A DNA stretch of 64,000 nucleotides. Source: Antechinus flavipes (taxonomy: Eukaryota). Below are positions 1-11,560 of this stretch, one piece after another. Both the position numbers and the translations under genes were made by a program. Location: positions 214,706,001-214,770,000 of the forward strand of contig NC_067399.1 in assembly GCF_016432865.1 (NCBI RefSeq), in the 5' to 3' direction. The notes beneath the pieces were generated by a model. That model was not told the origin of the DNA. It did not search any database and saw nothing but the letters and a program-made list of their open reading frames with translations. Numbering within the stretch: position 1 is the stretch's first letter; every line of letters starts with the position of its first letter.

Positions 1-674
1 GACCAAAAACTGTGTTATTGGGGGGGGAGGGAGGGAGAGGAGGGATGGAGGGAAGCCTGCAAAGCCAAACTTGTTCTCTCCCCCTCTTTATCATTCTAGA
101 TGGAAGACTTTCAACTCTCCTAAGTCTTTTAAAAGGAGCAAGGGGATCCATAATACAAAAGTTAAGAATTCCCATTATAAAGAGTGTATTTGTGCCAGGG
201 AATCAGTCAGTCTTGAGCAGGTGTTAAATCTCTAGATTATGGTAAAAAACTGAAAGCTCAATTGCTATATTGCCCTCAAGGTGTTTGTCATTTAATAGTC
301 CCATGAATAAAAGTCTAAAAGTTCTGAGGAAAAGAAGTAGAGAAAGTAAGTGATCATGGAAAATCTAGTTGCCATGCTGAGTGTGAGGGACTAATGTGTG
401 AGAGAAGGAAGAATAAAGCAAAGGGAAAAGGAAGGTGGAAAATGGATGGATATGAATATTGTAGAGTACACTTCATGACTGTAGGAAGGTTATTTTCTAG
501 TATTTGTGCTATCTACATTTATTTTCAATAATAAATGAAATTTGCTTTTTAGACTTAAATATAATTTTAAAATCAGGAAGTTCTGACCTTTCATCCCTTC
601 GAAATTTACTACCTTATTCACTGGAGGTTTTTCACAGTATATTGTGTATTTCATAGAAGGGAAGTTTCAGGCTA

Positions 675-1105
675 TTTATTTTTTCTTAATAGTATTTTAT
701 TTTTTTCCAATTACATGTAAAGATAGTTTCAAGATTCATTTTTGAAAGATTTTGGGTTCCAATTTTTTCCCTCTCTCTTCCCCAAGGCAGCAATCTGATA
801 TAGGTTAACCATGTCCAATCATTTAAAATATATTACCATATTAGTCATGTTGTGAAAGAAAAATCAGAACCAAAAGGAAAAAAATATAAGAAAGTGGGGA
901 AAAAGTGAAAATATTTCTTTTATATTCAGTCAGTTCTTTCTCTGGATGTGGATGATATTTTCCGTCACAAGTCTATTGAAATTGTTTTGGATCACTATAT
1001 TGCTGAGAAATTTAGTTATTATGTTATCACATAATCTTGCTGTTACTATGTACAATATTTTTCTGGTTCTGTTCACTTTACTCCGCATCAATTCATGTAA
1101 TCTTT
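675..1105 (-). mobile_element. Older L1 3' end fragment (3'UTR plus end of ORF2)
   Basis: T-rich start with ttttatt (AATAAAA on minus), and the terminal segment 'ttctggttctgttcactttactccgcatcaattcatgtaa' resembles the L1 copies at 17.6 and 24.6 kb. Boundaries approximate. Confidence 0.75.
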
Positions 1106-2019
1106 TGTTCTAATCAGTCAATGGGGGAAGAGAACACTTTAGGTAGAAGTGTTAAGGAAGGTTTTACAAAAGAGGCAGGATTTGAACTAGGCCTTGAAGC
1201 TTTCCAGGTTTTTCATTATAGGTTACTTTTGAAAAGATGATTGATCCCAGGGTGGTTTTGTGGTCAGTTTCTAAGATGAATAACTGGAATTATTTTAGAT
1301 ATCACCCCACAATAGGGAAATTTGTCAAGAAAAGCATTACACTTTTGTGGAGAACTTTCTTTTTCTCCTCTCAAGGGACCTAGTCCTTTCAGATTACCCT
1401 CTAAAAGCTTGTCAAAATATTTAAAGTAAGCAAAGTTATTGCTAATTAAATATCATTTGTCATAGCAAGTATTTTAGTCTCAATGTATGGAACTCAAGGA
1501 GGTTGTTATTATAAGGAAACAGTATAATATAGTAGAAAAAATATTAGGGAATGCATTTACCTGGATAATTCCCTGGATATATCAAATCCCTTCCCCCCTT
1601 TGAGTTTTTCCCCACAAATTATTTTGTATAGATGTTATATAGAGTTGCTTCTTAATTGAGCCTTTTTCATCTTTCAAATGAGGGGGTTGAATTAGAAGAT
1701 CATTGAGTCCCCTTTCAGCTCCAAATCCAGTGATCCTCTGTCTCTAATTTATCTAAAAACTATATCAAGTTATGCTCTTCTGATTTTACTTTTACTCATC
1801 TACTTATATGTGTATCTTTAACTTCATTGGGACTTTGATCCCAATTTTATCAGTTAAAATGATGAAATGTTGGTGGGTATTGAATCTCTGTCTTTTTTAT
1901 GTTTTATTGGACATAGCTGTGGTTTTTTTTCTTTTTTTAAAGGTGAACATTTGCTTAATTCTTAGTTGTAAAGGACATTTTCAATCCTTCAAAGAAAGAA
2001 ACTAAAATATATTTAGAAG

Positions 2020-2910
2020 AAACTAGATAGTACAGGCGATGGAACATCAGGAAGATCTGAGTTCAAATGTGGTTGCAGATACTTATTAGCTATGTGATCC
2101 TGAACAAGTCCTAACCCTATATGCCTCAGTTCTTCATCTGTAAAATAGGAACACATTGGAAAAGGAAATGGCAAACCATTCTATTGGGTTCTTGTTCTTC
2201 TATAAAATATTATAAAAGTTCTCTCTGGGTGCCTTCCCTGGAATCAGGATTTTGTCGGTCCCTGTTCAGGCGTCAAAATGTGGTGAGCTTTTTCTTCTCA
2301 AAACACAGCCAAGTGATAAAAGTTCAGATCTTTTATTATCTCCAATATAGCCCGGTTAGCTTAGAGGTCTATCTCTCTGCTTGGTTCCAAGAGCTCCCTC
2401 CGAATGTCGCCAAATCCAAAGGTTTTGTCCTTCAGCCTCTGCCTCTGCTTTCTTCAGCCTCCAGCCAGCTCTACTCTTCATGTCATTCCGATGAAATCTG
2501 ACCGAGAGCCTCTGTCTGTTTCTTTTATACAAGAGGGAGGAATTGTGGGATACAAGAGAGAGGGATTATGGGTTTTCTCCCATAGTGCTCTCTGGCCCAA
2601 AGAGCTTTAAGGGAGGTGTGAATTCACCAAGTTACAAAGTTTACTTTGTGAATCTCACAAACTTGTGAACTCCGATGAGTAAAGGTGTAAACACAAGCAT
2701 TGTACTAATTAGTTCTACTTAGTACCTTGTTTCAGGTTCTGGCCCAAAACATCTTCTTGTAAGATCAGATCAACAATCTATCAACTCTAATGAGTTAGCA
2801 GTTTGTAAGGATTCCAACACCATTCCAATATCTTTATCAAGAAAATCCATGGATAAATTCCATGGGGTCACTTAGAAGTGGACATGATTGAACAGCTGAA
2901 CAATGACGAA
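2020..2910 (+). mobile_element. Mar1/MIR-type CORE-SINE split by an LTR insertion (SINE parts about 2020-2181 and 2820-2910)
   Basis: B-box 'gagttcaaat', core 'cctcagttcttcatctgtaaaatagg', and tail 'ggaaatggcaaaccattc|caatatctttatcaagaaaatcc...ggggtcac' that resumes exactly after the LTR. Confidence 0.85.
2182..2819 (-). mobile_element. Solo LTR (638 bp), probably ERV2/betaretrovirus-like
   Basis: 6-bp TSD CCATTC at 2176-2181 and 2820-2825; termini TATTGG...CCAACA; on the minus strand TATAAAA (2523-2529) precedes AATAAA (2332-2337). Confidence 0.85.
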
Positions 2911-3489
2911 AATATAATTAAACTTAGCTTTTAAAGACAATAATTAAACTTTACTTCAAAAATGGGATAGTGATACTTTACCTATGATCTTCATTTTGCT
3001 GTTCAAAGAAACTATTACTACCTAAGCAGATGGGCACCTTCTCTGCAGTTTATAATCTCTGCAGTGCAGAGTAGTTAAGTGACTTGACATAGCCAGGATG
3101 TGTCAGGAGAACTTAGGTCTACTTTGATTTAAGCCAACTCTGCTTCTGTACTTCAGAAATAAAACCTTTTTAAAAAATGTGACATAAAATAGCAATTTCT
3201 TTTCAAAAGAGAGAAGCTTCTTGAGCGCAGGAACTCCCTCAGTTTTTACTTTTCAGGTACAATACCTAGCTCATGGTACAGGTTCAGTAAGTGTTTGTTT
3301 ATTGATTGATTGTTGCACTATATCATTGCCATCTCAGTTATTTCCATAGCTCTAAGAATTCCTTCTTTGTGACTGTTCTCAAATAGCTCTCTCTCCTCTC
3401 CCTCACTTCCAAGTGTCTGCTTGACATCGTCATTTGGATGTCTTGCTGAGACCACAATGTCAACATATCTTAAACCAAAGAGTAGATAT

Positions 3490-4360
3490 TAATGTTACCT
3501 TAGATGAAAATCTCCATTGGAATTATCTAAGAATCTGTCCTTAGATTTAAGCTTCAAAATTTTATCAGTGACTTGTATCATGAAGCATTTGATATGTTTA
3601 TCTAATTTGCAGAAGATCCTGAAATGGAAGGAGGAATAGCTAAAGTGTTCAGTGACAGAACCAAGATCTAAATTGATCTTGACAGGCTAGATAGAACAAT
3701 GAGTTGAGTCCAAGGAGATGACATTTATTTGGGATCAGTATGAAATCTTTCTTTTGGGTTCAAACAATCAAATGTAAAGGGAAAGATGGAGCAGGCCTAC
3801 CTAGGTAGTAGAGCCTATGAAAAAGATTAGGCACTTACAGATGAGGATGGTTTAGTGGACTGCAAACTCATTATCAGTAAATAAGCTAGTAGTACCATAT
3901 ATATACATACATATATATAAAATATTTAAAAGTTTATAAAGTCCTATTCTTATTAAATAATACTGGGAAATAATGAAAATTAGTTGAAAAAATGGAGTGG
4001 CTAGTGAGGAAAAGAAAAGGCTTAAGGAAGACATGATAGATATATCTTCATATATTTGAAGAATTGTCTTGTGAAAGAAAAATTTAACTTGTCCTGCTTG
4101 GCTCTAGAGGGAAGAATTTGAAGCAGTGGGTTTTAACTTGCAAGGTTAATTTAAATTCAGTGGAAGGAAAATCATTCTAATAATTAAAGCTATCAAAAAT
4201 TAGAATGAGCTGTGTAGGGTAATAGTGGCTTACCCTTCATGAAAGGTCATCAAGTGGAAGCTGTAGGACCACTTATTGGGGAAATTAAAGTGGTATTCTT
4301 GTTCAGGTTTGGATTAGACAGATTGACTTTTGAGATCTCCCTCAACTCTGAAATTCTGTG
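3490..4360 (+). mobile_element. L3/CR1 LINE 3' fragment, highly degenerate
   Basis: RT-like relic ('ttcaaaattttatcagtgacttg', 'tctaatttgcagaagat...') and CR1/MIR3-type end 'gagatctccctcaactctgaaattctgtg'. Boundaries approximate. Confidence 0.7.
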
Positions 4361-5389
4361 TTGTCTAAATTTTAATTCATTAGCTATTCCCAAACCAGCT
4401 CCTAATTTCTTTATTTTTGTGAATAACATAACCATCATTTCCTCAAGATGAACCTCAGAGCCCTTGTTGCTACAGTGAATCAACAAAAATATATTAAATG
4501 CCAACTGTGTGAGGTACTGTGCTAGGTTCTGGGAATATAGTGACTAAAAATGAAAAAGTCTCTGCTCTCAAGAGACTTGCATTCTATTGAATCTTGATTC
4601 CTAAAAATTCCTCTTGCATAATCTATCCTTTTCTGTTATTCTCATTATTACCACCCTTCCTGAAGAGTTCATTATTTTTTTTTTTTTTTCTGGATTGTAA
4701 ACTGACCTCTTTGCTTCTCTTCAGTCTTATATTTAAGTTCATCATATGCAAGCTACCTGTTCCTTTTAATTTTAAATGCTTTGATTCATACTGATTTACT
4801 TTTTGTCTCAAAATTGACTCCCCCCCCCCCCCTCCCCAGTTTTTCTCACTTTGTCCTACCTACCTGGGATGCTGTCTCCCTTTTCTCTACCTGTGCAAAT
4901 CATACTTGTGCTTCAAGTCCTGGTTCCAATTCTGCCTCTTTTGTAAAACCTTCCTTAACACTTCTATCTAAAAGTGTTCTCTTCCCCCATTGACTGCTTA
5001 GAACAAAAGATTACTGGTGTTATCTATTTGATAGTGACTCATGTGATATCTTTTGTGTTTAGGTCTTGAGCTGCTTGGTAAATCTTGGTGGTTATTTAAT
5101 TTTCCACATTCTATCACTGTTTCCCAGATAAACCATCAATACTTTATAGCAGGGGAATGTATCTTTTTTCATGTACAAAACATTCTTCAGTAGGGGTAAA
5201 GTGGGGAGAGAGGTCCTTCCCACTCCCAATGTAATCTGAGACCTTGCAAGCAGCAGAAACTCAGTAAAGATTTGTTTTTTGATTGATTTCTTTTTGGTCA
5301 TCTTGACTTTGTACAAAGAAAGTTCATTTTGTCTGGCTTGAATGGAGGATTTTATTCTTTCTAAAATCTATTATAGTGATTGTGTATGA

Positions 5390-5493
5390 AGGGGAGGGGG
5401 GAGAGAGGAAGGGAGAGAAAGAAAGAGACAGAGAGAGACAGGGAGAGACAGACAGAGATAGAAACAGAGACAGACAGAGACAGAGAGAGAAAG
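5390..5493. repeat. GA/GACA purine microsatellite
   Basis: gagagaggaagggagagaaagaaagagacagagagagacag... Confidence 0.9.
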
Positions 5494-6932
5494 TCATCTT
5501 TCACGAAGCCCTCCATCTCTGCTGCAAAGGTAGACAATATTTTTAATGAGATTCTTGCAATAGAAGGACAAAGCGAAGCCAATCTTTCAAAGGATATAAT
5601 TTTTCTAAATTGGAAATCCCCAGAGTTTCCTAATGGGGACTTAATTTCTCTTAAATTGTTCCTCATTATGAGAAAGAATATCTGCTGAGAATCAGTGCCA
5701 CATAGTAGGTTCGAAGTGATATTACCTCCAGAGACAAGTTAGAGGGAAGTGAACCTGTGAAAAGAATATCCTGTGCCCTTAATAGATTGATGTCACTGGT
5801 GCTGTCTTTATCAATTTTGGTAACAGGAGCTTATGATCTTTGGAAGCATCACAACTGTTTCCTCATTGAGTATTACCCAAGTTTAACCATAAATAATGGG
5901 GCTTACCTGGATAAAGCCCTATTCCTAATAATGCTAATAACAGCATTTATACAGATACCCAAATCAGATTGCCCTTCCGTTTGATATTCAGCAAGGAACC
6001 CTCAGCACCTGTGCCAGAAAGAACTTCCACAGATGACTTTCACCCTCTTAGATTTCCTGCTTAAAATAGCATTTAGTCTGTTGATGGAGAATTGATTACC
6101 TAGTACCGGGCCTCCATATGTCACCTAAGAGCACAGATTCTGAAAGGGCTTTTAAATCCACTTAAAAATCATCCTTCCCAGACTGTATTTGTGTATATGT
6201 AACTTCAGACTCCATAACTAGGGAATAGGATAAGAGGCTAAACAAATTAATCCTATAATATCTGCTTTCTAATCAGTGATGGAGGAACCACTGGGTTGGC
6301 TAAATAAATTTATTTTAGAATATATAAAGAAACTGAATATACAAAATATGAGTTAAAATACCCAGTTCATAAGGGTCCATAAAAATAAATACACCATTCA
6401 TCAGTGAGTATTTGTAATTTTCATTGAGAGTTCTTCTTCTCAGGCAGATTGCAGCCTCCTCCCTGACCCTGCCTACAGTTTAGCAGATGGATTTTATTAT
6501 GGTTGTTATGGCTGGAAAAAATTGATCACTGTGGAGCCAGCCTGGTAATGAGCCTCTCCAATCCTAGTTAGGCTGGCTCTTGGACAACAGATCTTTAGTT
6601 CATTATCAGATATCTATCAATATGGTGATACATATCTTTCCAACATGGAAGAACCTGCCAGAGTTTGTGCTTCATTGCCACAGCTTTCAGGAGCCGAGGG
6701 TCACCTCTCTGCCATGAAGATTTTAATGAGACTAGAAGTATTGGTAAAATGAACTTCTTAATTTTCAGAATTCCCCCATCCCAGCTCTGGTTCCCTTTTT
6801 TGAAATGACCAATTTAAGTAGGTAATCCAGTAGATGGTTAAAGTAAGATGAAAGGACATGATAGAGTATGGTAGGCAGGAGGTCCAATTATATTGTGCTA
6901 AATGGACTGAAAATTTTGCAGACAGATGGTAA

Positions 6933-7079
<147 letters not shown>

Positions 7080-7776
7080 TAGCAGAAACAAATGTTGGTG
7101 GTAGTGGTGGTGATGGGTAATATCAGGTACAGTAATTAATCTATACCCAAGAAGTTTGAAAGGCATCAATCTACTTGTATTATTAAGCAAGCAAACGAGC
7201 AATCTTTGCCCTCTCCTGAGATGTTAGATGGAATTCTCTCTGAAGGCAGAAAGTTAGCTCCTGCAATTTCCAGGATCCTTGAGCATGAGGAATGCCCAGC
7301 CCAGCTGTCTTCTGTGGGTCTGGAAAGGACTAGACAGATACTTATTTTTGGAATGTGGGCTACTGTAGGGGAATAGATATTTGGCTCATGGTTCTATTTT
7401 AGAGATGTCCTTAGGAGTAGAACTGTTAGAACTTTTGCCACAAGATAAAAGATAAAGCCTCAACCTATGTTCTCTATCTTCTCTCAATGATCAAGCTCTT
7501 TGGTCCATTTTCTGCTTTGAATCTACAGGAAAATGCTGAAATACATGGGGATCACACCCTTGGTGGCCCCTATTTGAGGAGTGAGATTTTCCCATTCACA
7601 AGCTATTGTGGGGGGTCAACAACATCCTGTGCTCTGATCCTTTCTCCTTCCCATCTCTCAGAATTTTTATTTTCCTTCAAGGTTTTACTCAGGTGTATTT
7701 CTTCTCTGAAGTCTTCCTTGAACTCTACTTCCCTTCTCCAGTTGTTAATGCTCTCTCCCTCTTTACCTTACCTTTT

Positions 7777-7840
7777 TGTTAGGATTCTTACAAGGTGCTA
7801 AGTCAGATATCTGATTTAGCACCTTGTAAGAATCCTAACA
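7777..7840. mobile_element. 64-bp palindromic element made of two inverted LTR ends, with a 6-bp TSD
   Basis: Arms 7777-7808 and 7809-7840 are reverse complements at 31/32 positions; TG...CA ends; CCTTTT at 7771-7776 and 7841-7846; arm is 23/29 identical to the minus-strand 5' end of the LTR at 2182-2819. Confidence 0.85.
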
Positions 7841-8239
7841 CCTTTTAATAAAGGAAAATATATATATATATATTAAAGGAAATAATATATGTGTACTTAC
7901 TATAAGTGACCCCAACTTCTAGTATAATGTAAATTCATTGAGATTAAGAACTTCTGTCTTCCTTTCCTTAGCACTTAGTATAGAGCCTGTTGCTAAGTTG
8001 CTTAATAAAAGGGAGTTGGGTTGTTCTCTCAGTAGAGAATCAGCTTTAATCAGTCAGAACTTGAGTATGTGGAACAAGGTCTTCATTGACCATCTCTGTA
8101 ACATCTCTTCTCTGCACCAGCGTTTCACCGGCCTTTGTCATATTAAAGGGCTGGAACTTAATGTTAAAGCAGTGGTCTAGAAAAAGACTGCCCTGGAAGA
8201 GCAGATGGGACTCTGCTGGAATGGGCTGTGTTTATCATC

Positions 8240-8960
8240 AGTCATCATCGTTACAGTAAGCCTGGGAGGCTGGGATGATTGATGGTGGCCACTGGCTGTT
8301 TAATACCCCGGCGGGACCGTGATTGCTAAGGAAACAAGGTGACCATTCAGGATTCCTCACATGCCTCTGCACAGAGAATTCAGAACATGGGCATGGGAAT
8401 TTAATCTTCTTGCCCAGGCTGCCCGAATCAAGGCATCCCCTCCCCAACTCTGCGGGCAGCTGAGCCCATCTCCCCTTGTCTGACAGGGGCAGCTGCTTGT
8501 GGCGGGGGTGGCCCAGGGCAGGCTGTGGAAGCTGCTGAGAAGGGTCGATGGCTGGGGCCGCTCTCCGGGGCCAGCTCGGGAGGGTCTGCGAGATGTCCCC
8601 GGCCTCCGCAGGAGCGGGACTTTGCACCAAATAAGCAAGGCCGCCGTTGCAAGTTTAAGAGTGACAGACCTGCAGTCTGCGGGTACTTAAAGTGAGGTGG
8701 GGAGAAAATTGTGCTTTTTGTACCATTTAGTAGCTATCAGGTAATGTTAGGCCATTAGCATGATGCTGTGATTTCTGAGCCTTCATCATTATTCATTTTA
8801 GTTAGATGAGCGCTGGCCTTGGGTGTCAGTTTACCCATTTCGTTGAACCCGCCCCCGCCGCCGATGGGCTCTGTGATTTCGGGCAAGCCTCAGACTTCTT
8901 CCCAAGGTACCGAGAAGGTTGGGCTGCAGGGCCATTAGGCTCCTAACTCTGCTATTCTCC
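8240..8960. promoter_or_regulatory. CpG/GC-rich repeat-free intronic segment, candidate enhancer
   Basis: Many CpGs compared with the flanks; GC box 'cccgcccccgccgcc' near 8850; RFX-like ATTGCTAAGGAAAC at 8322-8335. Confidence 0.55.
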
Positions 8961-9168
8961 GCCTCAAACAATATAAAGCAGCAGTAGAAGAAACAATACC
9001 CCTGGTTAGGGCTGAGTGATAGAGAGCATACTCTAGGGCTTCATCTTCATCGACGGCAACAAACATTTGCCAAGCACTTTTTACCTTAAGATTTGCAGGA
9101 TCAGCATTTGAGAATATCAGACCAAACGCCTCAAGAAAGGCAATTTTTCATGCAATTAAAGTATACTA

Positions 9169-9182
9169 CCACTAGGTGGCAG
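9169..9182 (+). promoter_or_regulatory. CTCF-binding motif
   Basis: CCACTAGGTGGCAG matches CCASYAGRKGGCRS at 14/14; TGCAAT upstream at 9151 resembles the CTCF upstream motif. Confidence 0.7.
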
Positions 9183-11512
9183 TAATGCTTCAATTATGAC
9201 CAAAAGGTAGAGAATCCCTACTTCTGAAAATAAAGAAAAATAATGCATCATTAAAAACAGATAAATTGTAGGGAAGACAGTCTTGTATAGTGGAAGGAAT
9301 CTCCGACTGGGAATCAGGGAACCTAAGCATTTGACTTCAATGGTGTGACATTGAGCAGTTTTCTCTGAGGCTCAATTCCCTTTTTTTTAATGTGTGTGTA
9401 AATTGAGGATTTTTAATTAGATGACAGCCAGGACAGTTATTCCCAATCTTTTTCAGAATGAGGACCCTACCTTAATGTAAAACATTTTGAAGACCTTTCC
9501 TGATATTAATTGTAATATTAATATCTGTTTGAGAAATTGTATAATGCTAAAAATGACTATGAATACAATAATGCTTTTAAAGTAATTTGTAATAACAATA
9601 TCTATGTATATATAAAACACTATGTGTGTATGGGGAAAGATTTAGTCCATCTATTCAAAATTTGAAAGGCAATGGGAAAGAATGGATGGAGAGCTGACCT
9701 CCCATAATCACTTAACCTCTCAGTTCCTAGAGGTGACACTTTTAAGATTGCAGGTTTTACAATTGTTATTGATACTCATGAGATAACATATAGACAAACT
9801 ATGATCTGTACATAGAAAACTGTTTTTGTATGACTTTTGAACTAAAAATAGTTTTTATATTTTAAAGAAAAGTTTTATTAGTTTTTAAAATATCAAAAAG
9901 CCACTCTTATCTTGTAGGCCTTACCAAAACAGGCAGGAGGCTGGATTTGGCTCACTAGCTGATTAAATAAAATAAAAAAACTGGAAGAAGTATTTACTTA
10001 TTTATTATGTTAAGCTATTTAGTGAAGTGAATTTCAGCACTAATTCCACAGCCCTATGATACATAAGTATGTATCACATACTATTCTAAAGGACCCTTCA
10101 AGCACTAAATTTCAATGAGTAAATAAGCAGATTTTTGAAAAGTTTTTTATAGAATTTAAATTTAATGGTGGAAGGAAATGTATGGACCATCTTGTTTTGC
10201 CCCCTAATTTTACAGATGAGATTTTACTAATTCCAGAGAGGGTAAACCACTTGCTCACGATTACACTGATATTAAGTGGCAGAGCTAGAATTCTAGTTTA
10301 AGTACTCTGACTTAAAATGACTCCAAATGCAGACCTCTTTCCACTGCTCTATACAGCTGGAGGTTCCCCAGAATGGAAGTACCTGTCTTAGAAGGTGATA
10401 AATGACTTTACTTCTATACATTTCTCCTTAAGGTTATTTACAGCTCTAAATCTTTGATCCTATAACTTCTGACTTCAATATTTTCCCACCACTATACTCT
10501 GAATTTGATTGTTTTTTACTACCCTCTATTACTACAGTCCCCCATGTATTTTATTCAAGAGGCTACTCTCCCATAACTTCTAGTGCTTTTTTGGTATCTG
10601 CCAATAGCTTCTTATTTCCTGGCTCTATTGTGAGTTTTTGTCAGTGAGTTTCAGGATCCCACCTCCCCCACTAGATTAGTTACAAATAATATCGATATGG
10701 CCAATAATAGATAAAGGTACTATGGAGCAAGACATATTATATATTAGTGTGTCCTGCAAAGCACTTGATTTACTCCCAGAAGGTGGGAGGATGGATTGGG
10801 AAAGGCATTGAATAGATTTTAACTTACCCAATAGTCCTACAGAGTCAAATAGAGTAGTGTGAATAGAGAAGAGAGGATGGCTTGGAGCTTTTGGCTGGTA
10901 AAGGCTGGGGAAGGTGAACTTGTAGTTCTCTCAGGAATTGAAAGAAAGTTAAGAGGATAAAGAGATTACTATATGGAGATGTCTGGCCTCTGAGGGTTTG
11001 TTTACTTCTCTTAGGTGTGTTTGATGGTTCAAGTTTTCAAGTTAACTCCTTGGTGGTATTTGTTCCTTGGGGATAAGGGGGCAGTAAACACTTTTACTGC
11101 CCTTATTCCTTTTCCTTTGTGGCCTAAGATTCACTTGTTGCCCCCTAATCATCTCAACAAGAAAAAACACCACAGAGACAAACTGAAAAAAGCTGGAGAT
11201 CAGGATCTAGTAAATAAACAGCCAGGGTGACAGTTGGTCAGTATTAAGCTGTTCTTTTTGGGGGGAGGGGAAAGGGTAAGAGTGCAGAATTTCTCAGTAT
11301 ACTTTGTAAAAGGCCTAAAATGAGATTTTTCTCATTGTTTCAGGAAAGGCCAATAACTAGCACTTTGAGCTTTTGGTTGGAAATGCTAAAGGTCAGGAGA
11401 AAGAGTATTCAGATTAGCAGATTAGGGTGGGATTGTTTTTTCCTTTTTTAGGGAAATCATATTTTGACTTCAGGGCAACCCAGGGATTACGTTTCTGTTG
11501 TGGATGTCTCTC

Positions 11513-11560
11513 TGCCCCTCTCTCTCTCGCTCTCTCTCTCTCCCCCTCACTCCCTATCCT
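11513..11560. repeat. (CT)n-rich microsatellite
   Basis: ctgcccctctctctctcgctctctctctctccccctcactccc. Confidence 0.85.

Noticed and set aside
6534-6579. Hairpin GAGCCAGCCT...AGGCTGGCTC as a possible pre-miRNA
   Set aside because: It has a 10-bp stem and a 26-nt loop. About 1-2 such stems are expected by chance in 64 kb, and it is too short for a pre-miRNA.
9432-9960. Charlie/MER5- and MER58-like terminal fragments
   Set aside because: Only short terminal resemblance, and I could not pair the ends or find a TSD, so it was not listed as a feature.
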